From positions 1-55,845 of the IMG/VR virus record IMGVR_UViG_3300034066_001434: a DNA stretch of 55,845 nt. One strand, written 5' to 3'. Position numbers and translations under genes: made by a program. Under the pieces are notes generated by a model. The model was not told the origin of the DNA. It saw nothing but the letters and a program-made list of their open reading frames with translations, and did no database searches. Origin of the DNA: a virus (lineage: Duplodnaviria > Caudoviricetes). Every line of letters begins with the position of its first letter. Position 1 is the stretch's first letter. This document shows, in pieces, positions 37,501 through 44,367 of the stretch.

Positions 37501-38980
37501 GAAATTCACATCCACTGGAAGGATAGTTACATACTCATCACAAATAACTGGCATTACATCTTCATTAGATTCTAATGGTTACGCAACTATTACTATCAAT
37601 GGATCCCTAAATCAAATTCTGCATACATCATTCCCAAATAAGAAACTCTGGTTAAGTATTGACGATATATTTGTAAGTCATAGAGAAGGAAACTTCACGT
37701 TTGATGGCCCAGTTGCTAGAAAATTCATCTATACTGATACTGGAGTTAAGTTAACTTTTGGTGATTATCGCATGTGGTATGAAAGATATCAAAATTATAT
37801 TCGTGCAGGTGTAGAAGCTGGCGGTCAAGAAATTTCTGGAAGACAGGGTTGGGTTGGTAACTTTGGATTATCAACTAGCGGACAAAGAACTATTGGATTG
37901 GTAATGAATGGGGCTTCATCTGTACAATGGGGAAGACAATATAACAATTCTATGTGGCTTGCTGCGGTTCCAATTCATGCTAAGTGGGAAAGTATTGGAT
38001 ATAGTAACTATATGGTTTCTATTAATGACTCATCTACTATTGAAAATAATTATGCTCTATCGACCCTAACTTCTTATGATGGAGACGGAAGATTTAAGTT
38101 TAATGCATTGAATCACACAAGTTTAGGAACTGGTAGTATCTATGCTGGCCAAAATACTGGAGATTATAATTCTGGTGGCGGAGAGTCTTATGATACAAAG
38201 CAATATCAATTTGCATCTTCAATTAGACTCAAATATTCACTACAAGATGGTACAGTTTCTAGTTCTGGAACAGTTGCTGGAGGATCTGTTTCAAGACTTG
38301 CTGAACAATATATTGTTAATAGAATAATTCATTACAAACCATCATTAGATGTGACTGTATCAAGAATCTCCCAAACACTTCCAATATCAATTACTACCAA
38401 TACTGCTACATTAAGTGGCACTAACATTGGAAACATTCTTCTTCCTGGCGATGTTGTTTACAGTGAGCCTACTCCTTCTGCATCCAATAGAATTGGTACT
38501 GTTATGGAAGTAGCTTCAGATAATAATTCCGTGACTCTATCAAAAGAATATACTGGAACTACTATAACTGGTGATACTTCATGGAGTTATATTTCTCCAA
38601 GAGTAAAACATTCAGGAACTTCTAATGCACCTTCAAATGCATTAGTATTCTCTGGTGGGGGAGATACAGGTACTACAGATATTAATGATATTGGAACTAG
38701 AGGATTTAATGTTTCCGCAACTTCTGCCCCTGGTTACAATAGATATAACTTCAGATTCAATATTAATAGAAGAACATTCAATCAAACCGTCCTTCTAAAT
38801 ACTTATGATCAATTCCTGCCAACAAGAACTATTGCTGATGCAAGTAAAGTGATTGATATATCTATCGGAGATCTACCAGTTTATAGATCTCCTCTGATGA
38901 ACGTTGAAGTTACTAGATTAAATTCTAAGACTCATATTGAACAATCAATTTCTGTTGTGGGATCACAAGCAAACATTTAA
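25589..38980 (+). CDS. Giant (4463 aa) virion structural / tail-fibre-like protein
   Basis: Uninterrupted 13.4 kb ORF; MALTR start, LYVN..D..A.D...N.G....PFKTI.RAL, RGTSIVGYDLRKT.IRPKYVP, SPYIFNCSLRSVYGMCGM and RASSHTWEYVG motifs typical of cyanomyovirus structural proteins. Confidence 0.85.
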   Translation: MALTRITSGGIAEGVRITFDKTGTPTAPAISFNNTSDTGTGIYQSGTNELAIATDGQPRLIFKSDGRIVTGSGTILGGTNPDFVNADNITLYVNQSDLNASDVEGNDGGNINRPFKTIERALLEAARKSYKVNPASIPVNQIEINKSYTITSIGSTDFVALGATTNTVGVTFTANSPGTGTGTVTANNDKFEAFTIMVMPGQYEIDNRPGHDVTTNPLTSGTAGSIEDNAFRFNPRNGGVIVPRGTSIVGYDLRKTVIRPKYVPIPSTTTTTEEGSIVNDGYVLSHVMYDGATMIERNRGYIQEQTKLFLQNTNVAGYTGLSEAQKTLCVRDIGYFIDGIISDLREGGNENTFINAEYYIDGAGGYKNRFLKSNDTDLTAEVAATVSAFNRATLLMRYTVENVWSGYTEYTTAQGKTIDRTTFSAGNGYVSNGDCSTVSNAIIVLGGIATGILNNPNTYTTSNVTITLVGGTSSTVRLRKTPGVFKQTSIFKVTGGCYFWQMTFKDAVGTPYNSATFNSNGVPTFTTAPNPNYSHHRVVAFTYADQRTVDGELDQYYKKIDAWDATFDAGGSREVRPEEYTIVGDGSTNATIDTVNSCSPYIFNCSLRSVYGMCGMHTDGSKVAEKSFKSMVVAQFTGISLQRDTNAFNQPKDAEGDANNSTYNDNDPLTAAPPIYADPDAQYKPDWRHFHIKASNGGFIQVVSVFAVGYADQFLAESGGDMSITNSNSNFGQISLRAKGSQFNAFKPASQGKITALIPPRGINTKPTSVSFYNIDSTTTWEKAGQAGDEFSASKLSQYSSDADQLRLYLEGSYSSEADIPELEVKVPDYSQSPVNGVYPTITRRYLTYGTTNQYALFRDYYATSGTTAEASRYINVEVEEQDTEGSIAFSAKVYFVGNSGEVGSQSSQTAWQLSNSQRQGYFYDPNKGAVYLKLDGDDAKTKTFLSDFIFKYKTEEVFGFRETRDPETGATVTEFVKQDKDVLVYRDGFPSGLTINKNEDSRGSTPSDLLWRVEYTIPKDCPEIPKPPEKRFILKGIRPGNGLDGMPYTDYRFMIWDVEEYLTWERNVRDGVYYLTLIRADINKFVDGIDNAVDVVRRRPTAITNTSFYDCKFIEETNNYDKDTRLTTNVNYLYPSINEEGPTYDTRRTWNPPQSESRVIVEDIGAGTRLKDISVPNYIRYRAGTTPIKDVPAMYSVTAETVHRLVQAFDLRYTGATSKSSSNIAVASVVSWDDRASTSTYSTSSTFNVYGNNNTNRFGKDKSVGVTTNATQSIDYNAYGINGDALERRIVVCSGLYTGSVSDTTVNNYSISQAVSLYRPSILRASSHTWEYVGLGSGNYSTAFPQLQTRVLKPYEQYIAQGYENAGGFVASSGTNSNGDFYIGTQIIQAGGSSTVSLNVPKVRKSSESNFVDIENIENRIANSVVNVTASSSAGGKAQQAIKALSNFFNAEKLSVSNIATISNLVVQQKLFINNASINNAAFYPEGTTNAYGFVKAAKPEKTGFISTDTNDKLYVSPKYLDAWRVTRQLVSASAVTLDNNRVYIQPSSFALADSYDPTTSRYEAISLTDIESKIANNQEIRLYLKETSGLPSYGTIDIEMSLLKVDIIDYRMNLSSKQFLNPKLNLSLDYNEIDYTENYIVLNKIQNNFPIVDYIKSCIGTSGYNIIVRSISGFLDQGEFGINANEGDIKLLTARLSANVNADSLGSPNIADSLTYKNISITTTASEWAKWPDRGALSLRQYPRGTSASNYAISSFVYIKSTTQGTFTLIKKLGDSRGDSGFIYRSDYENNYPGIDSKNVFFAGCSTVVTFSDKWASEGPFIPPLDPTKGAVEDVNIEEATLFELPRKSIPIAADIDKDYIDSNLPNPFSSKALGVNIQTRTAVKKFAPLAFFNQVQQWCDTSGFNPSDEIELLMKPGYYKLDRSIFPCKIKINGSGLTKSSVFAGKEQTGISAGRMGGYLEDSIKRGDSIYMYRSPEFSDQWDKRDAIYVNISGGLTSKGGFNLNNVHFLGLNEAVSKNEIPDALYSEDTKIQSARRLLRKAYYTKNFIKKYFDTLTADGVSGALSFTANSTIGSADEKAEIEFTVNSGNVINSDISSVDYGELNPAVSTNSRYLVIRLKASNFAGSVSARRKFAWARKYIIPGSTMYWLNTGEKVSNVSESTKVLSVRRLNLSNSATWTSSSTEEIHLLVSVFRSGGANNGNSGIYTNDIEDLNIGTYSTGDKKLVFLNEDGAEFTTLVYNWALNRRRNFLPKGFMHEGGYQPAIIKRVTAAVTLGAGTAGVTIALDSVDLLKVGDRIVGAGIQPGTRIESISSGTKTIVTSDNISASLAVKTPLSFTQFDDFGDEIPKYDIPEVFGITRSTDDTYISIVIDRNPNASIDSSINMYPFGAGSFADYENALLQFKTSHTSVTTEYSAAEDCAVAIPRARSYSKRVSGYQDQRFVILDINPNSIADLSSINPSNPVNSSPARYIDNAGISVDILRDFALYNRNTISFGGGFGTGFTSSTVAFTSADDTTAEIKAKLDAAITNGGRKYNALAQVTLTAQSGATLGSGFRISPIINTAGGAGNVTGFTVSPISGQSIVAPTGNFTITITDRKGYILSPTGRTVDINSTRLDGEDFTAVAKANLFASIRVSGNGSVTLGSPYVEDYGLDSNGDIDTINARGKKIYCSWPSSYRALRRRFPSAPGTNISAVNGNYQSSLINVDAIPGSNFTLNLTNVTIGAQSPASESANTFGGGYRGGLIRCRGSKLTLAGTRFRGNLSLDWTGLLCERDSRAGGLFIAGHSIEMFQMEDQNSFDRIGGSSPAQRITTSKEDEEFYKITEFDPLSNVYLEPAKDPYGQLSDGDPRTFEISTFQAIRRQNLGSRVLTAFDGSSVQPGELQTKISLFERYQSPYGIYYDNTTTTDPDLITEDTNGNQYLALSGGTRATAVRLRWNNTTTTIQRNAVTDNTTVTSGTLANLPGRTLTFLYPDTESGQDLINNIFFGANATRIVKPTNIQTTYATVTRLQTYAETKFTKDGVPSSTGKYRIAVITYSGTIPAEVTAANGSFIQFNTKYLNSQRYNYISTITSRYQKTVLNGASKLILSNDGGVPTYASHADLDIEDDVMTPQLSRSTILTLKNITQTTGVTDGMVRMSTNSSGRITSLDIITYGTGHKEGDNFAIYNGVTLLSSGLTIKARRNLSDIDISILDEGEYMAILPKNCFVVNSINLPSPSSIKQKLIEARLIFTPGSYIFYANNYYRIGNTDLTNKKPYIGVYKYVNPINLSDQRADIVVMLEDPEYAPTYAANTRFDLFKYDNILNYWPDSGRLVIGNRETCEFTKVGDPTTNTGYQLQLTRSMTKYWPHYIRDWEGLDPNDSTDATVTFNTLNPTVLRLSGPVDVTCYGIKRILPSDNTTTQTFDSQTVAEYVCPSGMVSNKVARVSIPAENLDADFQKLSIGQIITIPYKDIADTYNWSGCRITVGDAQYNAGSSNSTNRAGDRVISGTIRSTTTFNTRSDRTFNIFGTSTTNIAPYEFINPMTMGRMSSPRGDTFSVGPAGFGSYNYMWTPLHETALSGSTSVKISAAFIRSIRRLNTDGQYTATIESINSTTDPTERMMTVTAVASGGLFKGQPIRTGSPSGPIIGYVVGFEGDFINDAGTYEDNITLTGNGNTGVYRIQIVDGQTIPTTSTTFYGTRLSGGLDYLVWARNNGGWSRTVTSVTVDPVTKIATINLNAGLATPSGGTTGTTPSINAGDWVLWYFYGTSDNNIRLLLDKPLMKNIPEGTVLSICPTNDLRDGTFGEAGIRATNGFIFKSRIIDIEKSTNKLNLYLADDFPQEKWSNSVSRSYGLLYVNHGGWTYPKTGGSSFRANNAVLTAPDGTGIGTTIKLPNRSGRIQAGDTLSYTWEDELVVESTAHAGGTITSLTTQNFITTLNDQRYYIFPGYLIYDSGNNLIGTVSSVAADRINLTANCLVATTSLSGWKFTSTGRIVTYSSQITGITSSLDSNGYATITINGSLNQILHTSFPNKKLWLSIDDIFVSHREGNFTFDGPVARKFIYTDTGVKLTFGDYRMWYERYQNYIRAGVEAGGQEISGRQGWVGNFGLSTSGQRTIGLVMNGASSVQWGRQYNNSMWLAAVPIHAKWESIGYSNYMVSINDSSTIENNYALSTLTSYDGDGRFKFNALNHTSLGTGSIYAGQNTGDYNSGGGESYDTKQYQFASSIRLKYSLQDGTVSSSGTVAGGSVSRLAEQYIVNRIIHYKPSLDVTVSRISQTLPISITTNTATLSGTNIGNILLPGDVVYSEPTPSASNRIGTVMEVASDNNSVTLSKEYTGTTITGDTSWSYISPRVKHSGTSNAPSNALVFSGGGDTGTTDINDIGTRGFNVSATSAPGYNRYNFRFNINRRTFNQTVLLNTYDQFLPTRTIADASKVIDISIGDLPVYRSPLMNVEVTRLNSKTHIEQSISVVGSQANI

Positions 38981-39000
38981 TTATTAAATTGGAGAAATTT

Positions 39001-39474
39001 ATGGCTTATTTTTTAACTGATGAACAAGAGTACGAGTTGAATGTATTTTTAGATGAAGAAAACAGGAACATCTGTGAACAACAATTAGAATCTGAAGATG
39101 TTCCTGAAGAATTGAAGCAAATTATTAGATCTACGATTGATGCTGGTAGTCCAATTCCAGCCTTCAATCCGATACATGGATATTATAGTGTTTCATTTAC
39201 TCCATGTGAAGAAGGTAATAGAATTTACGTTCATCATCATCTATCAAATAAATCCAAAGCTCTTCATGATCCATCGAAAGTAAATGATGAAATTGAAGAA
39301 CATTTTGGTGATGTAAAGGAATCTATAGATTCTGAAGTATATGAAGATACAAATGATGAAAATATTATTACTGATATATTGGAATTGGAAGAAAAATTAT
39401 ATACAGATCCTGAATCACTTACTAAAGAAGAGATTGAATCTTTAGTTGGCCCACCACCAGTAGAAACGATCTAA
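39001..39474 (+). CDS. Acidic hypothetical protein
   Basis: GGAG RBS before ATG 39001; very D/E-rich. Confidence 0.75.
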   Translation: MAYFLTDEQEYELNVFLDEENRNICEQQLESEDVPEELKQIIRSTIDAGSPIPAFNPIHGYYSVSFTPCEEGNRIYVHHHLSNKSKALHDPSKVNDEIEEHFGDVKESIDSEVYEDTNDENIITDILELEEKLYTDPESLTKEEIESLVGPPPVETI

Positions 39475-39482
39475 TTTATATT

Positions 39483-39521
39483 AATAAATACATAGAGGGA
39501 TATATATCCCTCTATTTTTTT
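39483..39521 (+). terminator. Late promoter fused to a palindromic terminator
   Basis: AATAAATA (39483-39490), then the 24-bp perfect palindrome ATAGAGGGATATATATCCCTCTAT (39492-39515) and a T run. Confidence 0.75.
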
Positions 39522-39550
39522 AGGTATATACCATTGGAGATCTTCGCCAT

Positions 39551-40270
39551 ATGGCAACAAATATTAAATTAAAATCCAGTGCTTTAGCTGGAAAAATTCC
39601 AACACTTTCAGACTTATCTTTAAGAGAACTTGCAGTTAATACTACTGATGGTAAACTGTTCCTTAGAAAAGGTACTGGAAGTGGTACGGATACAATTGTA
39701 GATCTTACTGATCATGGTACATTAAATGGTCTTGCAGATGATGACCATTTACAGTATTTGCATGTATCAAATAACAGAACTAGTGTAACTGCAGATATCA
39801 GTACTAGTGGCACGTTAACCATTAGTAATACTAGCAACACTGCACTGACTGTGGCTGGTAATGTTGGAATTGGTGCTACAGCCCCATCAGAAAAGTTAGA
39901 TGTAAATGGAAAAATTAAAACAAATGATTCGGTTCTTATAAGTGATTCTCAAATAAAAACCACTACAACAACAAGAACCGCATCTACTGCACAGTTTACT
40001 GCAGATACGTTCTCTAGTACAGCTTATAGATCAACTAAATACTTAGTAGAGGTAAGACAAACATCCACTTCTAATTTCTATACATCTGAAATATTACTAA
40101 TGCATGATGGAACAGAAGTTTATTTAACTGAATATGGAACATTAAAAACTTCTAGTTCACCTGTTTCTTCAATTGATGCTGATATAAATTCTGGGAATGT
40201 TAGATTATTAATTACTCCATTCGTATCGAATACGATTACAAAAATTTCTAGAATTTCATTAACAGCATAG
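39551..40270 (+). CDS. Tail-fibre-associated protein
   Basis: IKLKSS...ELAVNTTDGKLF N-terminal motif, GNVGIG..P..KLDVNG, C-terminal DTFS...YRS.KYLV...HDG...TEYG domain. Confidence 0.75.
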   Translation: MATNIKLKSSALAGKIPTLSDLSLRELAVNTTDGKLFLRKGTGSGTDTIVDLTDHGTLNGLADDDHLQYLHVSNNRTSVTADISTSGTLTISNTSNTALTVAGNVGIGATAPSEKLDVNGKIKTNDSVLISDSQIKTTTTTRTASTAQFTADTFSSTAYRSTKYLVEVRQTSTSNFYTSEILLMHDGTEVYLTEYGTLKTSSSPVSSIDADINSGNVRLLITPFVSNTITKISRISLTA

Positions 40271-40282
40271 GAGATTAACTAA

Positions 40283-42691
40283 ATGGCTACCACTAAAGCT
40301 TTAGACACTAAGTATGGCATAAGCGTAAATAGTAACGACTTTGTTGATAGTTCAAGAAATATTACTTCTACAACTATTAACAAAGTTACTATTACTGCTC
40401 CTGCAGCGAGTGCAACACTTACTATTGCTAATGGTAAGACTTTAACAGTATCAAATACATTAACATTTACTGGAACAGATGCATCTTCAGTTGCATTTGG
40501 TGCTGGAGGTACAGTTGCATATACTGGTGGAAATCTTAGTCAATTTGCTGCCACAACATCTTCTCAGTTAGCAGGTGTCATTAGTGATGAGACTGGTTCT
40601 GGTGCTCTAGTATTTGCAACTTCGCCAACTCTAGTTACACCTACTTTGGGAGTAGCAACTGCTACTAGCATTAACAAAGTTACTATTACTGCTCCTGCTA
40701 CTAGTTCTACATTAACCATTGCTGATGGTAAGACTTTAACAGTATCCAATACTCTGACATTTACTGGAACAGATGCATCTTCAGTTGCATTTGGTGCTGG
40801 AGGTACAGTTGCATATACTGGTGGAAATCTTAGTCAGTTTGCAGCTACTACTTCTTCACAATTAGCTGGTGTTATTTCAGATGAGACTGGTTCTGGTGCT
40901 CTAGTATTTGGTACATCACCAGCATTCACTACAAGTGTAACAACTGGTTCTGCATCGTTTGATGTATTCAATACAACAGCAACTACAGTTAATGCTTTTG
41001 GTGCTGCTACAGCATTAGCTTTAGGTGCTACTAGTGGAACTACTACGGTTAGAAATAATTTAGTTGTCGCTGGAAATCTTCAAGTAGATGGCACAACTAC
41101 TATTGTAAATTCTACCGTAACATCTCTTGATGATCCTATTCTTGTGTTGGGTGGTGATACTGCAACTGCAGAAACAACTAGAGATAGAGGTATAGAATTT
41201 AAGTGGGGTGGTGCAACAGCTACAGTAACTAGTTATACTGGTAATGGTACAACAACTGTTACTGCTGCTGGTGGCGCTGGATTAACAACTGGATGGGTTG
41301 CTGGTGATATTATTACTATTTCTGGTGCTACAGGAACAGAACAAGCTAAATTGAATGGTACTTGGACTATTGCATCAGTTCCAAGTGGGACTTCATTTAC
41401 ATTTGTAGTTTCTTCTACAGTTGCTGCAGGAGCACTATCAACTAACCTAGGAACTACTGTAAGATCTAGAAATGGATTCTTTGGTTTAGATCAATCTACA
41501 CAAAGATTTACATTTATTCCACAAGCATCCAATTCTTCCGAAGCATTTTCTGGAACTGTAGGCGATATAGAAATTGGAGATTTATATGTAACTGGAGGAG
41601 ATATTTTCTCAGGTGCTGCTGTTGCATCTACATTATTCTCCACCACAACTACAGGTAATGTTTCCCTTGCAAATGGATTAACAACTGGAACTTTAACATT
41701 AGGTTCTGCTAATGGTTCTGGAACTATTGCTATTGGTAATACAGGTACTGCTGCTGCACAAGCAGTTAACATTGCAACCGCAACTACAGGAACTATTACA
41801 ATTGGTGGTACTGGTGCAACTGCAGTTCAACTACCAACTGGCAAAACTAAAATTGGCACATCTTTTCTTGCTGAAGGTTCTGCATTTACATATAGTTTGC
41901 CAACTCATACTGCAAATGCTACCATAGCAATTACTGCAAACAAACTGTCTGCTTTTGCTGCCACAACTTCTGCTGAACTTGCTGGTGTTATTTCTGACGA
42001 AACTGGAAGTGGTGTTCTAGTATTTGGTACATCACCAGCATTCACTACAAGTGTAACAACTGGATCTGCATCGTTTGATGTATTTAATACCAACGCAACC
42101 ACTGTAAACTTTGCAGGTGCTGCTACAACATTAACTCTTGCTAACACTGGTACTGGTGCAAGAACAATAAACGTTGCAACTGCAGCTACAGGTGGCGCAT
42201 CAACGCTAACATTTGGTGGAGCAGTAAGTGGTAACACATTAAAAGTTGCTAGTACTGCTGCAGGGTCAATTAGTTTGACCACTGATGTAACTACAGGAAT
42301 CGCAAATATCTTTACTTCAGTTACAGGAACTGTAAATATTGGCGGAGTAAATTCCAATGTTTATCTAGGAACTCAAACTGCATTATCAGGAAATACTGCA
42401 ACTGTAGCTACCATTTCTCAGACTGCAGTTGATACGTTTTCCGCAACAACATTCAGAAGTTGCGAATATCTTGTTCAAATTGCACAGGGATCTGCATATC
42501 AAATTAGTAAAATTTTATTAGTTCATGATGGAAGTACTGCATATATAACAGAGTATGGAACAATTACTTCTGGAAGTATTTTAGGAACTCTTGATGCAGA
42601 TGTTACTGGTGGAAATGTTAGATTACTAGTAACTATGGGATCTGCAACTTCATCATCCGTAAAAACATATAAAACTGCTATTGTTGTATAA
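40283..42691 (+). CDS. Tail fibre protein with internal repeats
   Basis: T/A/G/S-rich; repeated FAATTS..LAGVISDETGSG.LVF; same C-terminal domain as the upstream gene. Confidence 0.8.
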   Translation: MATTKALDTKYGISVNSNDFVDSSRNITSTTINKVTITAPAASATLTIANGKTLTVSNTLTFTGTDASSVAFGAGGTVAYTGGNLSQFAATTSSQLAGVISDETGSGALVFATSPTLVTPTLGVATATSINKVTITAPATSSTLTIADGKTLTVSNTLTFTGTDASSVAFGAGGTVAYTGGNLSQFAATTSSQLAGVISDETGSGALVFGTSPAFTTSVTTGSASFDVFNTTATTVNAFGAATALALGATSGTTTVRNNLVVAGNLQVDGTTTIVNSTVTSLDDPILVLGGDTATAETTRDRGIEFKWGGATATVTSYTGNGTTTVTAAGGAGLTTGWVAGDIITISGATGTEQAKLNGTWTIASVPSGTSFTFVVSSTVAAGALSTNLGTTVRSRNGFFGLDQSTQRFTFIPQASNSSEAFSGTVGDIEIGDLYVTGGDIFSGAAVASTLFSTTTTGNVSLANGLTTGTLTLGSANGSGTIAIGNTGTAAAQAVNIATATTGTITIGGTGATAVQLPTGKTKIGTSFLAEGSAFTYSLPTHTANATIAITANKLSAFAATTSAELAGVISDETGSGVLVFGTSPAFTTSVTTGSASFDVFNTNATTVNFAGAATTLTLANTGTGARTINVATAATGGASTLTFGGAVSGNTLKVASTAAGSISLTTDVTTGIANIFTSVTGTVNIGGVNSNVYLGTQTALSGNTATVATISQTAVDTFSATTFRSCEYLVQIAQGSAYQISKILLVHDGSTAYITEYGTITSGSILGTLDADVTGGNVRLLVTMGSATSSSVKTYKTAIVV
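40376..40910 (+). repeat. Near-identical in-frame duplication with 294-nt period
   Basis: 40376-40616 vs 40670-40910 (INKVTITAPA...DETGSGALVF); the following segment (~40900-40975) recurs at ~42018-42090. Confidence 0.9.
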
Positions 42692-42705
42692 CCGAGGTAT
42701 TTTAA

Positions 42706-43335
42706 ATGGCAACTAAAAGAGATTTTGTAATTAATTACGGTCTTCAAACTGATAAAACTGGAGCTACTAGCAATACTTTAGTAGTAGATTCTATTAATGA
42801 TCGAGTTGGAATCGGTACTGGAGCATTATCAATACAAGATAAATTAGACGTAGTTGGAAATGCAACTGCATCTACGTTAAGTGTTGGAAGAAGATCAATT
42901 GCAGTATCATATAATTGTATTTCTGAGACTGAAAGTGGTGTGATGGGGATCTACGGGCATAATGCCCGTTCAAGTACGTCAGTAAATAACCAAGTTATAG
43001 CAAATAATAATGCTTGGCATGGACATTTCATGAGAATGTATTATAATCATGGTATTGCATTCCATACTACTTCCACAACCGTAAGTAGTGGTAATATTTT
43101 ATACGATCAAGTTACTCCTGCTAACCAAGTAGCATCTGCTGGAGAAAGACTTAGAATTGCTCCAAGTGGAAATATTGGAGTCAACTCAACTGCACCAAAT
43201 TATACATTAGATGTTAATGGAGATGTAAGAGTAACTTCCACAAACAAAATGAGATTTGGTGGAACATCAGGAACTACTAACTTCTATATACAGTACAACT
43301 CAACCGCAAATAGTTTAGATTTTGTAGCAGGATAA
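42706..43335 (+). CDS. Short tail-fibre-like protein
   Basis: DRVGIGT...KLDVVG and ERLRI..SGNIGVNS..P.Y.LDVNG fibre motifs. Confidence 0.7.
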   Translation: MATKRDFVINYGLQTDKTGATSNTLVVDSINDRVGIGTGALSIQDKLDVVGNATASTLSVGRRSIAVSYNCISETESGVMGIYGHNARSSTSVNNQVIANNNAWHGHFMRMYYNHGIAFHTTSTTVSSGNILYDQVTPANQVASAGERLRIAPSGNIGVNSTAPNYTLDVNGDVRVTSTNKMRFGGTSGTTNFYIQYNSTANSLDFVAG

Positions 43336-43339
43336 TATT

Positions 43340-44326
43340 ATGGGTGTTGTAGGAAGATTAGATCAATATGCATCAATGCTTGTAACAGAGTTTGATGAGA
43401 CTACAGCAAATAATCCAAGCATAACTGGACTTGGAACTTATTATGCATCAGAGTTTTCTGAGAATGTAGGAATCGCAACAACACTCGCTGCAAATGTCTT
43501 TGCTCCTTATGATCCTGTGTATGATGAGTTTGGTGGAACTTTATTTGGTGCAGGGCAAGGAAGATATATGAGACAAAATACTGATAAGTCGGTAATTGTT
43601 TATAATGAGATTGATGAAATTACTGACTTTAGAGATATTGTAAGAAGTGGATTGGTTTTAGATTTAGATGCTGGAATGGCATTATCTTATCCTGGATATG
43701 GAGATACTATTTTTAATTTAGTACCACAAACTTCATATCCTTCAATTAGTTTATTTGGTGATCCTTTATATGGTAATATCACTAATGGTGTTGTAAATAT
43801 TAGTGGAGCTGGAAATAGTACATCAAGTGGTATGATATTAAGAGGTCTAGGAAATTTAGCTTCTACTATAAACAGTAATTTTACAACTATTGGATGGTTA
43901 TATAGAACTGTTGATAGAGCTGATGAAGTTATGTCATATCGAGAAGGATCTTATAGATGTGCATTTACTGTAAATAACAGTTTAATGTATTTTGTTCAAC
44001 GAGAAACATTTGATCCATTTACTAGTAATAGTACATCGGTAGTAATATCAACTAGTTTAAATACTTGGTATTGTTATGCACTAACAAGATCTGCAAATTC
44101 TTGGAGTTTTTATTTAAATGGTTCTTTAATTGGAACTAATACTTTTACTATGACGCAAACTATTTCAAGTGGAGCATTTCATGTTGGATATGCATATACA
44201 GACGATGATTTTCTTTCTAATGGAATGAATGGTTCTGTTGGTCCTATAATGCATTATACCAGAGCACTTACTCAATCAGAAATCACTCAGAACTTTAATG
44301 CTCTAAGACATAGGTTTGGATTATAA
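43340..44326 (+). CDS. LamG/concanavalin A-like lectin-domain virion protein
   Basis: GLVLDLDAG...SYPG.G, NTWY...T, FYLNGSL, YTRALTQSEITQNFNALR.RFG. Confidence 0.85.
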   Translation: MGVVGRLDQYASMLVTEFDETTANNPSITGLGTYYASEFSENVGIATTLAANVFAPYDPVYDEFGGTLFGAGQGRYMRQNTDKSVIVYNEIDEITDFRDIVRSGLVLDLDAGMALSYPGYGDTIFNLVPQTSYPSISLFGDPLYGNITNGVVNISGAGNSTSSGMILRGLGNLASTINSNFTTIGWLYRTVDRADEVMSYREGSYRCAFTVNNSLMYFVQRETFDPFTSNSTSVVISTSLNTWYCYALTRSANSWSFYLNGSLIGTNTFTMTQTISSGAFHVGYAYTDDDFLSNGMNGSVGPIMHYTRALTQSEITQNFNALRHRFGL

Positions 44327-44332
44327 CTAATT

Positions 44333-44340
44333 GATAAATA
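44333..44340 (+). promoter_or_regulatory. Late promoter-like motif
   Basis: GATAAATA in the intergenic gap. Confidence 0.55.
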
Positions 44341-44367
44341 GTTCAAATAAATGCGATATCTTTACTG

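Noticed and set aside
25589-38980. Intein as the cause of the giant ORF size
   Set aside because: I recognised no intein splice-junction or LAGLIDADG motifs by eye; an HMM scan would settle it
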